Part shown: positions 36,270 through 48,219 of the stretch, piece by piece | How the letters are laid out: the number at the start of each line of letters is the position of its first letter | How positions within the stretch are numbered: position 1 is the first letter of the stretch | From: Prorocentrum cordatum | Taxonomy: Eukaryota | Reading direction: 5' to 3' | Length of the DNA: 64,000 nucleotides | Assembly (NCBI GenBank): GCA_963575745.1 | Contig: CAUYUJ010000159.1 | Span: forward strand, 372,001-436,000 | Program-made: the position numbers and the translations under genes | The notes under the pieces: model-generated | What the model was told of the DNA's origin: nothing | Seen by the model: only the letters and a program-made list of their open reading frames with translations | The model's database searches: none

Positions 36270-36580
36270 CGAGCTTCGCTCTGGCGAGGGGGTGGGGGCT
36301 GACGCGGGCTGACATGGGCTAACGTGGGCTGACGCGTTTCGGTGCTCGGGGGGGGGAGCGGGCTTCGCTCTGGCGAGGGGGGGGGGGGGGGGGACGACGC
36401 GGGCTGACGTGGGCTGACGTGAGCTGACGCGTTTCGGTGTTGGGGGGTGCTCGGGAGGGAAAAAAGGGGGAGTGCTCGAGGCGACGGGGGGGGGTCTGAC
36501 GCGGGCTGACGTGGGCTGACGCGTTTCGGTGCTCGGGGGGAGGGGGTGTTCGGGGAAAGGAGAGGGGGGCGGGGCTCTGC
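36270..36580. repeat. G-rich minisatellite (GCTGACGTGGGCTGACGCGTTTCGGTGCTCGGGG); resumes at 43914-44230
   Basis: The same units lie on both sides of the Copia element. Confidence 0.85.
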
Positions 36581-36581
36581 G

Positions 36582-37191
36582 TGGAAGAACAGGCTCGGCA
36601 GAGCCGAAATTCGTTACATGTTCGTTGCCATGTTCTGCGGTGCGGGAGGCATAGCCTAGCACGGCATAGAACAAGAGTCCCTCTTTCTGGTGTGCAATAG
36701 ACCGGTACGGCCAACCAAACAATCTGTTCCCAGAGAGCTGTTCGGGAACATAATAATTTAGTCGTTTAGGGCACTGCGGCCAGTGTCATCGTGCAGGCGC
36801 GGAGGCGTGTAGCAATGCCACCTCCGCGCAGGCACGACCAGAGGTGTGTAGCCATGACACCTCTGGTGCTGGGGGTGCGTAGCAATGCCGCCCCCAGCCA
36901 TAGGACAGTTTCTGTCCGGAACTGTTTCGGCTCAAGGCCCATTCGGTGCGATGGACAAGAAGAAAAGAAGTGACTCCCCTGCCACCCAACAGCTCCGACA
37001 ATTCAAACGAATCCTAGTATCAACTAATACTTTACTTTGTGAGCGTCTTGGGATAGAGCCCAAGGAGGTCCTCAAGGAGCCCCTCCCCACCAGCAGGGAG
37101 GACACGATACGTCTGCTGTCCGACATCGCTGACGGCAGATTGGTGATCCCAGAGCCTCAGTAGAACCAGCAGTGATGGAGCCCATCGGGGA
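36582..37191 (+). repeat. 5' terminal direct repeat (LTR-like, ~610 bp)
   Basis: Aligns with 43299-43913 with about 19 differences by eye, including one 6-nt indel. Begins TG. Confidence 0.9.
36951..37163 (+). CDS. 70-aa ORF of unknown function inside the terminal repeat (72-aa copy at 43667-43885)
   Basis: MDKKKRSDSPATQQLRQFKRILVSTNTLLCERLGIEPKEVL...GRLVIPEPQ. Open in both copies; ATG is 14 nt after an SL-like 22-mer. Confidence 0.45.
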   Translation: MDKKKRSDSPATQQLRQFKRILVSTNTLLCERLGIEPKEVLKEPLPTSREDTIRLLSDIADGRLVIPEPQ

Positions 37192-39625
37192 CACGTACGT
37201 GGGGCCACTCGAGAGCAGAGCCCTGCAAAGGATTATGAGCCCAAGCGCTCCCACGATCCACGGCACGCAGCTGGGGGCGCAAGTGCGCCAGTGTGCCGCC
37301 TGCTTCGACTGCGTCGTGGGGCCCGCCGTGCAGTGCGACAACTGCGGCGGGATTGTGCACGCCCACTGCATGCAGGTGTTCGGCCGGAGCCCGGTTTGCG
37401 TGACCTGCATCGCGGAGCGGGACGCTTTCGTGGCCGCGAGGCGCTCCACCATGATCCAGCACGGCGCGCAGCAGTTCGGCCGCGCCCTGGCTTCTGGTGG
37501 GCAGCTCGCCGGCTTGGTCGTCGGTGCCACCGCTTTCAGGCTTCGGGCCGGAGTCATTCGACTTGCCAGCGGAGAGCTGGCCGGCGCGAGGCAGACCATG
37601 GGCGGAGTGGCTGAGATCCCTGGGCCTGCCCGCCCACGCGCGCTGCCTGCACTGCAGCCCGCGGATGCCCTCCTGGAGGGCAGCAGCTCGGCATCGACAT
37701 GGCCGACAGGATGGCAGACATGGAAGCGGAGATGGTCAGGCTCCGAGCGGAGAACGCGCAATACCGCAAGGAGTTCGGACTTCACCAATCCGGAGGCGGC
37801 GGCTACGCGACTCCAGGCGCCAGCAGCGCCGCGGGTCGGCCAGCCCCATCGACTCCGCATACCACGAGTGCGGCTGCAGCCGCTGAGGTCGACCAGGAGG
37901 GCGCCGATGGTGCAGCAGCCCTCCTCGCCGCGGCCCTCAGCGATCCAGGTGTTGCCCAAGGGCCAGCCGACGGCATCGAGGTTGCTGCGGCGGTCGCGGC
38001 AGCGGCCGAGGCGCAGCACAGTGCAGGAGGAGCATCAGGAGGAGGTGCAGGAAGAGCGAGCGGGGAGCAGGCGGGAGAGGTGAGCGTCGCCGACCCTCAC
38101 CGAGCCACGGCGCCACCCGCGCCGAGCGCCGCCGTTGGCGGCGCAGGCCTCGCAGCTGAGGACGTCCTCCCGCCTGGACTTGGCGCTGCGCCCTGGCCGT
38201 GGTCATCGGCGAGTGCGACGGCTGCTGGTGACTTCGCTGGCGGTGCGAGCTCCGCTGATGCAGCAGGTCTTGCTGCTATCCTGAGCCGCTTGAAGGGCGA
38301 CGAGGTGCCAAATCTTTCTTGGACAGGAGGCAGCAAGGCATCGAAGTATGAGGAGTGGTTGCAGACCAACACCCTCTACTACGCGTCGGTGCACCCGCAG
38401 GTCGAGGCCTGGTGGTGCAACCTGCGCGCTGCGGTGGACGCTATCGTACGACGCGTACCTGCACGTGGACCCGCTGCAGCGGCCGTGCATCTGTCCCCAG
38501 ACGTCGTGGGCAGAGGTCGGGGCACAGAGGCAGGTGGAGTACAAGTATCGGCCCTACCTGCTCCTGGCCATGCCCGAGTCCATCAAGACCCAGGCACTCG
38601 CCACCAGGCAGTTGAGCTGCAGCGAGCTCGTGTTCGCCGTGTGCGTCGAGGCGGGCCCTGGCACCCTCCGGGATAGAGCTGCCACGTTGAAGGCAGTGGA
38701 GCGACGTGGCAATCCGGCCGCCCCAGCCCGGGGGGAGGTGTACGTCGAACTGCAGCGGTGGAAGTTTGACCTCACCAGGCTGCAACGCCTTGGTGCTGTG
38801 GCCCCAGACCCTACCATCCAGCTCACCACGCTGCGCACGCTGGTGAGCAAGATGGCGGAGGCCGACGAGGACTTCAAGTTCCGGATGAGCAACTGGCAGC
38901 TCGTTCGAGGCCTCAGTGGCGCTGCGAGCTGCAGCCAAAGCCAGATCGACGAGTTCTGGCGCTTCCTGGCCGGCGAGGCCCGTGAGGTCTCCACCGACGG
39001 GGCGAGGCAGCAGCAGCAGCAGCATCCGCAGCAGACTCAGCAGCTTGGCAAGCAGGTGCAAGCGAAGGTCGCGTCGCTGGAGGCGCAGATTGCCTTCCTA
39101 GAAGGAGCGGGCAAGGGCGGCGGTCAGCCGTTGAAGCCAGGTCCCACAGGCAAGGCTGGCGGACAGACCAAAGGCAAGAACAAGGGCAAGGACTCGGAGC
39201 AGTCGAAGTTCTGCCAGTCCTTCGAGTCCGACGCTGGCTGCAAGCAGGGCGGCACATGCACGTGGCCGCACAGCAAGCTGCAAGCGAGCGAGGGGAAGTG
39301 CTTCAACTGCGGAAGCAAGGAGCACGCCAAGGACGCCTGCGCGCGCCCAAAGCGCGAGGCGGCGGCCAAGGCAGCAGAGGTTGCCATGAAGCCAGGAGGT
39401 GGTTCTGCCTCGGCTTCGGACCCAGGCGGCGCTGGTGCGCAGACACAGCCTGCGGCGCAGGCGGGTCAGCTCGGGGCCGTGGTGGCTGCGACGATCAAGG
39501 CTCTGGCAGGAGAGGGATCGCCTGGTGCCGCGCTTGCCGTCGCGCCCGCGGACGCGGACCCTGGATGGCTGGACAGATGGGCGACGTCGACGGCTCGGGC
39601 GGCAAGCCCCCGCGCGCAGCGGTAG
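37175..39625 (+). pseudogene. gag: Copia gag region (PHD finger, gag core, CCCH finger, CCHC knuckle), split by frameshifts
   Basis: C4HC3 finger at 37292-37408; CQSFESDAGCKQGGTCTWPH at 39212-39271; CFNCGSKEHAKDAC at 39299-39340. Spread over ORFs 37172-38083, 37699-38676 and 38348-39625. Confidence 0.8.
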
Positions 39626-42600
39626 CCGTGGCACGCCTGGTGGAAGTTGGCGGCAAGCGGATGTTGCTCGCCGACACGGGCGCCACGCACGATCTGCGCT
39701 CGATCCCTGTGGGAGGTGACCCTGGGGTCGGGACGCGGCGCGTCGATCTGCAGACGGCGACGGGCAGCATGGAGGCCAGGATGGGCGAGGACGACGTGGT
39801 GTACGTTGAGTCCGATACCCCTCTCCAGCCGCTCTTCCCGCTGGGGATCTACATCGAGGAGTGCGGGCTCGGCCTCGAGTGGACGCCTGAGGCTTGCATG
39901 TTGCGGCTGCCAGACCACAGAAGTTTGGAGTTGCAGTGCGTGGAGGGCAGCATCTACATCGCGGATGGCGATGCGGAGGTGCTGCGGCAGTTTCGCGCTG
40001 CTATGCGTTTGGCGCGCGGTCGTGCCATGGAGACCCAGGCGATCAGGGCCGCAGTTTTGCTGACGGAGCTGGCGAAGCATCGATCAGAAGGGCATCCCAC
40101 CTTTATGGCGGAGTGCCGCGAGTGCAAGCTCGCCGCAGGGCGCATGCGCCCGCACTATCGCCTGGACCCTTCTAACCGGCCAGGTGGGCAGCTTTCGGTT
40201 GACCTGAGCGGCCCCCATCCGCCTGGACGGTGGCCGAGTTCATTGCAGGAGGACGCGCCGAGGAGGGCGCAGTACTTCCTGCTCTGCGCCTACCAAGTGC
40301 TGACGCAGGCGGAGGTGGAGCAGCAGGGCCGCAACGTCGCGGACGCGGGGGCGGCCGCAGCGGCTGGCGACGCCGCGACGCCTGCTCAGGTCCGGCGCCA
40401 GGAGCGCTGGGGACAGCGGCACCGCCGCCGAGGACGACGTCGGCGCGGTGAGCCGAAGGTCTGGTACTTCACCGTCCCGCTGGAGCGGAAGACGGCCGAG
40501 GAGTGCATCAGGGCGCCTGATGCCGTTGTGGCGGCGGTCGGGCTCGAGTTCCAGGGGCAGGCGGTCTTTCGCATCCACGCGGATCGTGCCCCAGAGCTCT
40601 CAGGACCGCGCGTGCGAGACCACTTCGCCACGAAGCAGATCGTGGTCACCAGGACGCTGGGCGTCGAGCCCAACAATAATCCTCGCGCGGAGCGTGGCAT
40701 CGGCGTCATCAAGGGCCGCGCGAGGGCAATGCTGATGTCCTTCCCTGCCGCCGATCAGCAGCATCTCTGGCCAGCTGCCGTGCAGCATGCGAGCTGGTGC
40801 CAGCGGCGCTTGGCCATGGGGCGGGCGAATGACTGCCCAGCATTTGGGGACCTCGTCACGGCCAGGATCAAGGACCCTCCCAAGGCGGGCTTCGCAGCGC
40901 GAGGCAAAGACATGACCTTCCTGGGCAAGGAGGACCATACCTCTGGCAGCTATTTGGTGGGCCGGAGGGTGCGGGGCGCCAGGAAGGGCGAGGAGTGGAG
41001 TTTCGAGGTGTCGAGCTCCTACGTGGTCGACGCTTCGGCCGCGCTCCAGGATCCCGCGCTGTGCGACGCCAGAGGCAGTGCCGACGGCGGAGGTCGCCCT
41101 GTTGCCGCCGCGGCGCCAGGAGGAGGCCAGGAGGAGGACGAGGCAGAGGGCAGCAATCAGCCAGGAGATCAGGAGGAGGCAGTGGACGCCAGGAGGAGGA
41201 CAGGACGCCTGGATGAGGCAGCGGAGCCAGGAGAAGGGGAAGGTGACGGCATCTTCGAGGCGTTGTCCGATGAGCGGATCTTCTCGTGCCCAGCGTGCCG
41301 GGGCCGCCTTCGACCCCACACTCGGGACGAACGATGCCGCCTCGGAGCGCAGGCGGCGGCGGCGGTGCTGGCGTCGAGGAGCCAGGAGGAGGCGAATGCG
41401 GAGCAGGAGGAGAAGGAGTCCGGGCTCCCAGTCTTCCAGCAAGTGTTTAAGGAGAGTGGTTTTGCTCCCGCGACGGTTCGCGAGGTCGACCAGAGCTTCG
41501 GAGCTGAGCGGGAGGCCTGGCGACAGGCCCTGGGCGGTGAGCTCGAGTCCCTCCGAAGGAAGGATGCCTTCGAGGATCTATGTGCCGCGGAGGTGGCGTC
41601 GACGCCAGCCCGCAAGATCCTGCCTATGAAGATGGTGCTCGGCACGAAGCCTCGAAGCGAGGCCGATGGCGGCGGCCGCAAGCATAAGGCCCGCGGCTGC
41701 ATCTGTGGCAACTTCCAGCCGCAGGTCCCTGGCGAGGAGACGTTCAGCGCGTCGGTGGACATTGCCAGCTTGCGACTCGTCTTGGCCGTCGCCGCAGCGA
41801 ACCAGTGGGCATGCTCTGCCCTGGACGTGGCCACGGCGTTCTTGAACGTGGAGCTGCCGCCAGAGACTGGGGAGGTCCTCGTCCGACCTCCAGCCATCCT
41901 CCCCCGCTTCGGGTTGGTGCAGGCGGGGGCCCTGTGGCGCGTGAAGCAGGCCATGTATGGTCTGCGCGTCGCGCCGCGCGCGTGGTGGGAGAAACGTGAC
42001 CGCACCCTGCGCGAGAAGGCCCTCATGGTCGAGGGTGAGCGCTGCCGGCTTCGGCAGTCTCACAGGTTGACCAATGTTTGTGGGCGATCGTGAACAAGCA
42101 GGACCGCGTGCTGGGCTACGTGTGCGTCTACGTCGACGATTTCCTGATGGTAGGGGAAACCGCTGCCATCAGAGCGGTATCCGACATGTTGGAGTCGACG
42201 TGGACCTGGTCAGTGCAGTCGTCGATCTCTCCTGCGCACCCTGGCAGCATCAAATACTTGTCTCTTTCGATTCGGGCACGCGCTGACGGGTACTAGATCC
42301 ACCAGCAGGAATACTTGGAGGAGTTGCTGGCCAAGTGGGGCCTCGATCGTGGCAATGGCGTGGGCACGATCGTAATCGACCCCCTGCCTGAGCAGCCAGC
42401 CGACGCGGACGAGCAGGATGCAGTCAACTTAGGGCAGGTCCGTCTCGCACAGAGGATGTCCGGCGGACTCCTGTGGCTTTCGGGCCGCACGCGCCCCGAC
42501 GTGGCGTTCGCAGTATCTCGGCTATCTTCGGCCGCCGCACTTTACCCAGAGTGGGCCCTCAAGCTGGGAAAGAAGATCTTGAGGTACCTGGCTGGGACTC

Positions 42601-43123
42601 GGCACTACGGTTTGGCCTATCAGTGCAGTGGGGACTTGGCATTGCACGTCTATGCCGACGCATCCTTCGAGCCATCCACGGCCCAGACGGGCATAGCCGT
42701 CTACTTGGGACAGCGTCTAGTGGACTGGAGGTCGTGCAAACAACCGCAGCCAGCGAGATCCACAGCAGAGGCGGAGGTGGAGGGACTTGCCTGGAAGGCG
42801 TGGTTCTGGAAGGCGTTGAAGCCGTGCTCAGCAGCATGTTCATCAAGGCGGAGAGCCCGGAGATGTTTGGAGACAGTCAGGCCTCGCTCCACATTTTTAG
42901 GGGCCAGGGGTCGTGGCGGACGAGGTGGTTGGCGAACCGTGCTGCAGCTCTGAGGGCCAGGATTGAGGCTGGGCTGCTCGTTTTGGGGCACGTGGCGTCG
43001 GCTGAGCAGAAGGCCGACGGATTGACCAAGACGTTCTCGGTGCCCATGATGGGGCAAGTTCGCCGTGCATTGAGCCTGATTGACCACCACCTCCCGCAAG
43101 TTTCTCCCGCGCAAGTTTCTTGA
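39620..43123 (+). pseudogene. pol: Copia pol (protease-integrase-RT-RNase H)
   Basis: Motifs as listed for the element. Frameshifts near 42078 and ~42795, and an in-frame TAG at 42294-42296. Confidence 0.92.
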
Positions 43124-43298
43124 GCATCGACCTGATGCTTGGCATTCAAATGAGCACGCGTGGGTGCCACCAGGAACTTTTTGGGGATTTTCCTTTTGAA
43201 CTGTTTGGGGTCCCTGCTTCACCCGTTCCTCCAAGGCCAGAGGCTTCGCTCCCTTGCGGCGGTCGATTTGACACCGCCGCCGCGGGAAAGGAGAAGCG

Positions 43299-43913
43299 TG
43301 AAGAACAGGCTCGGCAGAGCCGAAATTCGTTACATTTTCGTTGCCATGTTCTGCGGTGCGGGAGGCATAGCCTGGCACGGCATAAAACAAGAGTCCCTCT
43401 TTCTGGTGTGCAATAGACCGGTACGGCCAGCCAAACAATATGTTCCCAGAGAGCTGTCCGGGAACATAATAATTTAGTCGTTTAGGGCACTGCGGCCAGT
43501 GTCATCGTGCAGGCGCGGAGGCGTGTAGCAATGCCACCTCCGCGCAGGCACGACCAGAGGTGTGTAGCCATGCCACCTCTGGTGCTGGGGGTGCGTAGCA
43601 ATGCCGCCCCCAGCCATAGGACAGTTTCTGTCCGGAACTGTTTCGGCTCAAGGCCCGTTCGGTGCGATGGGCAAGAAGAAAGGAAATGACTCCCACAAGC
43701 CTGCCACCCAACAGCTCCGACAATTCAAACGAATCCTAGTATCAACTAATACTTTACTGTGTGAGCGTCTTGGGATAGAGCCCAAGGAGGTCCTCGAGGA
43801 GCCCCTCCCCATCAGCAGGGAGGACACGATACGTCTGCTGTCCGACATCGCCGACGGCAGATTGGTGATCCCAGAGCCACAGTAGAACCAGCAGTGATGA
43901 AGCCCATCGGGGA
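43299..43913 (+). repeat. 3' terminal direct repeat (LTR-like)
   Basis: Copy of 36582-37191, preceded by a polypurine tract. Confidence 0.9.
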
Positions 43914-46900
43914 GGGGGGGGGGGGCTTCGCTCTGGCGAGGGGAGGGGGGACGCGTTTCGGTGCTCGGGGGGGGGGAGGTGCTGGGGGTGGGTGGGGGGG
44001 AGGGGCTTCGGTCTGGCGAGGGGGGGGAGGGGTCGACGCGGGCTGACGTGGGCTGACGTGAGCTGACGCGTTTCGGTGCTTGGGGAGGGGGGGCGCTCGG
44101 GAGGGGAAGGGGGAGTGCTCGGGGGGAGGGGGGGGGGAAGGAGGGGAGGGGGGGCTGACGCGGGCTGACGTGGGCTGACGCGTTTCGGCGCTCGGGGGAA
44201 AGGGGTGCCCGGGGGCGGGGGAGGGGTTCTGGAGGGACAGCAGCGGGATCGCCCCGGATCGGCGGCAGTGGCCGGAGGCCACTACAATACGTAAAGTTCA
44301 GTCTCGCAGCCAGGGCTTTCAAAGAAAACTGCGAACGCGCTTTTGCGAATCCTTAAGAAACCATTGGCTTTTCAACATGCCATAATATGCTACCGAGCGG
44401 GCCTCTCGCGCGCGCATGTCGCAATCGCTATAGACCCCTTGCCGACGCGAAAACATCGTCATCGTTATCGGCGGGCGTGGTCGACATCGGCGCTGTCATC
44501 TGCCTTGCCGTCGTCCTCGCCACCATCGCCACTTTCATCGCTACTCTCATATACCGTTGTCGGCGTCGCCATGGTAGCGCGCCCGCCCAAGTCACCGACT
44601 TGCACTGAAGTGCCCGCTAGGGGAGTGCCCTGCGGTCAGCGCCACCGCGGCCGCGTCGGCCACGCCAAACTAGCTGGCCGCTGTGCGCGCGAGCATGCGC
44701 GGGCTAGCGCGGCCGCAGGGATGCGCCAGCCAAAGCCAAGCACTCACCACAATCGCCGCCGAATGGGTTTTGCAAACCAAGTTGCGGGCGTCGTCGTTGT
44801 CGTCGACGCCGCCGTCGTCGTCGACGCCGTCATCGTGGTCGTCGTCGTCGCCGTCGTCGTCCTTGTCGCCGTCACCGCTCCCCCGTCCCCTTCCGCGGGC
44901 CCTCCTCGTCAAACGTCCCAGCCAAAGAGAATCCGAGCAACGTCGCAATCGAGTCGAAGGGAAGCCGATTCCCCGCGGGGGGGGGGGGGGCGGTCGCGGG
45001 AGGGCAAGGGGGGGGTCCCAGGAAGGGGGCAGGGGGGATGTCGTGGGGGTTGCGACCCTCCCCCCGTGGGGAAACCACCCTCCCTGAGGGAAGCTGTCCC
45101 CTTCGATTCCTTGTCTCCCGGATGCCTCGGGCCCCCCTGCAGAGTCGGCGGCACCGGCCACAAGGCCTTCACAAGCATTGACGTTCATTATGTTCTTCCT
45201 TTGTTTTTATCGTTCTCGCGTTTTCGGGTTCCCGACGCTCCAAGATGGCCCCAGAGGCTCCAAAGACCGCCACAAAACGGCCCGAGAGGCCCCCAAGAGG
45301 GCCCCTGGACGGTCCAAGAGGGCCCCCAAACGGCCCCAGATGCGCCCATGATCGCCCAAGAGGGCCCCAAGAGGGGCCCAAGAGCGGGAACACGAACCAC
45401 CAATTCGAGTCTTCCACCCCCAGAGGCTCCCAGAGGCTCCCAAGAGAGCCAGGAGGCCCCCTGGAGGCCCCTTGGAGGCCCAAACAGAAGCCCCGAGAGG
45501 CCCCCAAACGGCACCCAAGAGGCCACGAACGCGCAGGCAAATGCCTGCGGTGGCACAATATGGGCTGGCGAAACGAGCAAAACGATTAAATCCGCCGACC
45601 CTGTCGGCGTGTGCGAGCGGTTTGTCTGTTCGAGTCGTCGTCTCCGTCAGTCGTCGTCTGCGTCGTCCCCCTTGCCTGCACCCTCCTCAAGCCAGTCAGC
45701 GAGAGAAAAACCTCGCAATGTCGCAATCGAATCGAAGGGAAGCCTCTTTCCTTTGATCCCTCCCCCGTCGGGGGCGGGAGAGGGTCCCGGGGGAGGGTCC
45801 CAGGGGGGGGTGTCAGATACGCAACCCCCCTCTGGGGGTCCCGGGGCTGCAAAGAATACCGAAACAAGCCAAGAGTGCCCCAAGAGGACCCCGAGACGGT
45901 CCAAGAGGACCCCCAATCGCCAAACGATCTGTCCAAAACGCCGTCACGCTCCCAGACTGCCCAGGAGACCTCCAAGACGCCCCAAAAGGCCTCCTGGAGG
46001 GCCCCAAGAGGCACAAATCATTGATGATCCTTATGTTTTTGACAAAGTTTGGCGTTCTCGTTTTTTCCGCTTCCCGCCGCTCCCAGATGGCCGAAGAGGC
46101 CCTCGAGGTCGCCCTAACACGGCCCAAGGGGCTTCCAAGAGCACCCCAAAACATCCCAAGAGAACCCCAAGACAGCCCAAACGCCTCCAAGACGGCCCAG
46201 GAGGCCCCAAGACGAGCGTGCCTTGACGGGGAACCCGAACGGATGTTTCGAGCCCTCGGCCCCGAGAAGCTTCCAGGAGTTTCCCAAGATGCCCCAACAA
46301 GCCCACAAGAGGCCCCAAGGACACCCGAAAAGGTCCCCACTAGGCCCCCAAGAGGCTTCCAATAGACTCCAAAGTTCCCCCCTCGGAGGCCCCCGAGAGC
46401 CTTCCCAAGAGACCCCAAGAAGCATCCCTGAGGACTCGGGCCCACGTCCGCGTCGTCGTCGTCGCCGCCGCCACCGCCGCCGTCGTCGTCGACGTCTCCC
46501 TTCAGGGTCGGCGGCACCGGCCGTAAGGCCTTCGCCATAAATACACACAAACCCCATGATTCCCAATCTTTTTCAATATGTTCTGGATGTTTGTTTCCCC
46601 CCCCCACTTCCCACATGTGTCTGTGCAAGATCCCTCCTGAATGGTCCCGGTTATGACCTATCTCTTGGCCGCCACGGGCCCTCTGTCCGTGGCACTCTTC
46701 GGGCCGGGTCGATCTGAGGTTAGAGCAACGCGCTCCACTACTCGCAAAGTACCCACTCGCAAATGGCCTGGCTCCGCCGCGAGGGATCAGCGATCCACTG
46801 CATCGCAGGCAAGCATTTGTGGTCCAGACGTTTGCAAGCAAACACTCTGCGAATAGTGGGACGCGCCCGGTGAGTGGTGGCCCCAGGAAGCGAGGCCCGG

Positions 46901-47526
46901 GCGAAAACGCTGGGGCAGGGTCGAGGAGGAGGAGGAGGAGGAGAAGCAGGAGGAGAAGGAGGAGAAGAAGGGCGAGGGGGAGGAGGAGGAGGAGGAGGAG
47001 GAGGAGGAGGAGGAGGAGGAGGAGGAGGAGGAGGAGGAGGATTTTTTCACGGTGTGCTACACCAAGCAAAACTATGACAGACAGGTGAAAACTTGGTGGC
47101 TGGAAAACGGCGGGCTCGAAACGCCAAAGCCGAAAAGAAACGCCCCCGTAGTCTATCGTGCGTAACGCAAAGCCGAAACGACAGGCATAAGCAAAGATGC
47201 TCCTGCCAGGTCCAGCTGAGAGGCGGCACGCATGACAGGGGCTGCCAGCCACGGCTGATCCCGTAGCTCTGCAATCACCTGCACGCCGTCAGTCCGAGGA
47301 TGAGAGCGTCTTCGCGCCCGTGTCCTCGGTTCCGCCCAAAGAAAAGGCTCCGCAAGACGCCTCGGCGGCAGCATCGGAGGAGGAGGAGGAAGAAGAAGAG
47401 TGGTCGGCGGGGGGGGGCAGGGTCGAGGATCGAGAACCGACGAACGGCGACGGCGGCGGTGCTCACGATGGGCGGCGAAAGCGGCGACCACAGCGGCGAC
47501 GGCGGCGGCGGCCACGACGGGCGGCC

Positions 47527-47592
<66 letters not shown>

Positions 47593-47819
47593 GCGGCGGC
47601 GGCGGGGGCGGCGGCGGCGGCGGCGGCGGCCGGCGGCGAGGGGCGGCGGGCGGAGATGACGGCGGCGGCGGCGGCGACCGCGACGGGCGGCGGCGGGGGC
47701 CCCCCGGAGGCGCCTCTGCCGTAGCCGCCCCGCGCACGGCCCCACCCCATGCGGCCCGGGGCGGCGGAGGGGGCGGGGGGGCGCCTGCGGGCGTCTGGGC
47801 CGCCATGATCAACCAGTCT

Positions 47820-48110
47820 CGAACGTATCTGTCTCTCTAAGGTCGGCAGGCCCAAGGCGATGGCAATCTCAGGGATGTGCCCTCGGAAACTGAGGGAATC
47901 CTTCAGGTCGGCACCGAGGTTATGTCGATGCCAAGCGCAGGGATGAGTATGGATATGTTTTAAGCTGGTACATGATCTTGCCATCGCTGGGACGTCCAGT
48001 GCCCGTGCATTTGTCGGTTTCGCACGTTTGTTCTCCCAACCAGTGCTTGCACTGAAAGAGCCCTCGCGAAGATTGGAAGATTTGGCAAAAATGCCGGGCC
48101 GATTTCGGTG
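47820..48110 (-). pseudogene. Possible hAT-type transposase fragment
   Basis: LDVPAMARSCTSLKHIHTHPCAWHRHNLG resembles the hAT D...M...CxxHxxNL segment. Single short motif only. Confidence 0.25.
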
Positions 48111-48219
48111 GGCGGCCAAGTTCATGTGTTCCCGGTTCCCGGTTCCCGGGTTCCCGGTTGTCGGTTCCGGACCGATTTCGGTGGGCGGCGGGGTGCCCAG
48201 GTTTCCAGGTTCTTGGTCG

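Larger units (their letters stand above)
36582..43913 (+). mobile_element. Near full-length Ty1/Copia LTR retrotransposon with frameshifts
   Basis: Terminal direct repeats. Gag with zinc knuckle, then PR (ADTGATH), IN (H-H-C-C, SVDLSGP, HADRAPE, PRAERG), RT (KARG, LDVATAFLN, AMYGLR, YVDD) and RNase H (YADASF, STAEAE, GDSQA, ADGLTK) in Copia order. Purine tract GGGAAAGGAGAAG before the 3' repeat. Confidence 0.95.

Noticed and set aside
36552..36563. GGGAAAGGAGA before the 5' repeat, matching the polypurine tract
   Set aside because: Similar purine runs occur in the flanking G-rich satellite, so it is not enough to claim a preceding tandem element.
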